A stretch of DNA of 50,098 nt from a virus (lineage: Duplodnaviria; Caudoviricetes), in IMG/VR virus record IMGVR_UViG_3300044756_000004, positions 1-50,098 of that record; one strand, written 5' to 3'. Below, one piece after another: positions 48,712 to 50,098 of the stretch. Within the stretch, counting starts at the first letter, position 1; every line of letters starts with the position of its first letter. The position numbers and the translations under genes are program-made. The notes under the pieces were generated by a model. It was not told the DNA's origin. It saw only the letters and a program-made list of their open reading frames with translations, and ran no database searches.

Positions 48712-48740
48712 AGTATAGCAGAAAATGAAAGAAATGTCAA
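48712..48740 (-). promoter_or_regulatory. Near-consensus sigma70 promoter for the structural arm
   Basis: On the - strand: TTGACA-17nt-TATACT with TG extended -10. Confidence 0.8.
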
Positions 48741-48743
48741 GAA

Positions 48744-49088
48744 ATGCGTGTTTTAGTATGTGGTGGTCGAGATTACGACGATTGGCCAAGAATGAAAGAA
48801 AAACTAGATGATCTCCATGATAAGAATCATTTCACAGAAGTTATCCACGGTGCTGCACAAGGTGCTGACCGACTCGCAGGAGTCTGGGCTAGATGGAATA
48901 ACATTAAAGAAAGCCCCTATCCAGCAGACTGGAAACAGTATGGAAGTAGAGCAGGGTATGTACGGAATACAGAGATGCTTGAAAAAGGGAAACCAGACAT
49001 GGTTATAGCTTTTAAGGGTGGAAAAGGGACTAATATGATGGTTGAGTTGGCGGAGAAAGCAAACGTACCTACCATTGACTGTAGATAG
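48744..49088 (+). CDS. DUF2493 / YspA-like SLOG family protein
   Basis: RVLVCGGRDY, IHGAAQGAD, ADWKQYGSRAGYVRN..ML, PDMVIAFKGGKGT. Confidence 0.88.
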   Translation: MRVLVCGGRDYDDWPRMKEKLDDLHDKNHFTEVIHGAAQGADRLAGVWARWNNIKESPYPADWKQYGSRAGYVRNTEMLEKGKPDMVIAFKGGKGTNMMVELAEKANVPTIDCR

Positions 49089-49142
49089 GCCCTAGGATTC
49101 AATTAGAAGGTCACTGATGCGTTTAAATGAAAGAAGGCTACC

Positions 49143-49325
49143 ATGGTAGCTCTACCCCCTATTGCTTCACCACAGAGGCTCTCAGAGGCTCAACTCGATG
49201 ATAAGTGGTTTAAGGAATTTGTAGAGTCATATCGGTGCAGGGTATGCAAGATTGATTTAAATTTAGATAACTTTGGTGGGTTAGGTCCTAACCACGGGAT
49301 TTTTTGTAGGAAGTGTTATGAATGA
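49143..49325 (+). CDS. Small CxxC protein
   Basis: CRVC...CRKC. Confidence 0.4.
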   Translation: MVALPPIASPQRLSEAQLDDKWFKEFVESYRCRVCKIDLNLDNFGGLGPNHGIFCRKCYE

Positions 49326-49518
49326 TTTAGAAGTGTTTGCAGTGATAATCGTAGTTTGCTTAAGTATATTAGGTTTGGCTAGTTACTTAGGGTTTGTATG
49401 GAAGAATAAAAGATTATGGTAAGATGGGTTTGTTATACTTGGACAGGGATTTGTATCGTTATGGTGATGTTGTGGTTTCCTTACTAAATTTCTGTGAGAT
49501 ATTTTTGGATTGCACTTC

Positions 49519-50098
49519 ATGCGCGATCAAGGGACCCCCGGCCCCCTATGACCGTGTTTTGCATCGCATACGATTGAATCGGACGTGAGAATATTGCCTG
49601 CGAACCAATTGCATACAATAGTATTGCGTAAGATACTTAGCTCGTAAGATATCTTACGGTATACGGTATTACGTACACCATATGTTATAAGTTACAGTAA
49701 TACATACGTTATACATAAGTAATACTTATGGAGCCAGCAACCATAAGATATACTTATGTCTGTATGATATAAGGATACGTTAGTTCGGTAGGCTATTAAG
49801 TAAGAAAGAACATAAGTAGAACTATAGGTATCGTTCTATATATGTTCCATCAGTCTGATTGCTGCACCGCACAACGGCAATAGCCCGTAGGATGGGCAAG
49901 GATAGGCAAGGGATAGGGGTTCAAACGGCAGAGGGTTGGCATGGGTGCGGTCGCATGGCACATAGACAAGCTTCTAATCCAATGGTGCAGCGCGATAGTT
50001 ATGCGTCTGTTGCATACCTCAATCACAGTGTTGCCACAGTTCCTATGTTCTGGACGCATATCTAACCAGTTTCATCACGAAAGCGTGAATGTGACTAA
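49519..50098. repeat. Right copy of 580-nt imperfect direct terminal repeat
   Basis: Collinear with 1-580. Confidence 0.9.

Noticed and set aside
1-50098. Prophage or temperate lifestyle
   Set aside because: No integrase, repressor module or flanking host genes recognised.

Overview
The window looks like an essentially complete ~49.5-kb lytic podovirus genome. It has T7-like replication genes but no phage RNA polymerase, an organisation resembling LUZ24/PaP3-like and cobavirus/Zobellviridae-like phages (inference). The left arm (+, ~0.6-19.6 kb) carries sigma70-type promoters, small early genes, degenerate GATase-II and gamma-glutamylcyclotransferase-like genes, primase-helicase, family A DNA polymerase, SSB, a PD-(D/E)XK nuclease and endonuclease VII. 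The right arm (-, 48.7-19.65 kb) carries terminase, portal, scaffold, capsid, three fibre-like genes, a lysis cassette, tail and internal virion proteins. The arms converge on a bidirectional terminator. The endolysin type suggests an alphaproteobacterial host (inference). The main unexplained feature is a ~1.75-kb ORF-free, densely base-paired region between the SSB and nuclease genes (14190-15945), a candidate giant structured ncRNA or RNA cluster with repeated hairpins and tRNA-like arms. Also notable: three smaller structured non-coding segments, a strand-polarised 9-mer (CTGACAGGT x8), diverged 580-nt terminal repeats, a polymerase lacking the steric-gate Glu/Tyr pair, and a repeat protein fused to a KTSC domain. 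All calls come from reading motifs by eye; no searches or folding programs were run.
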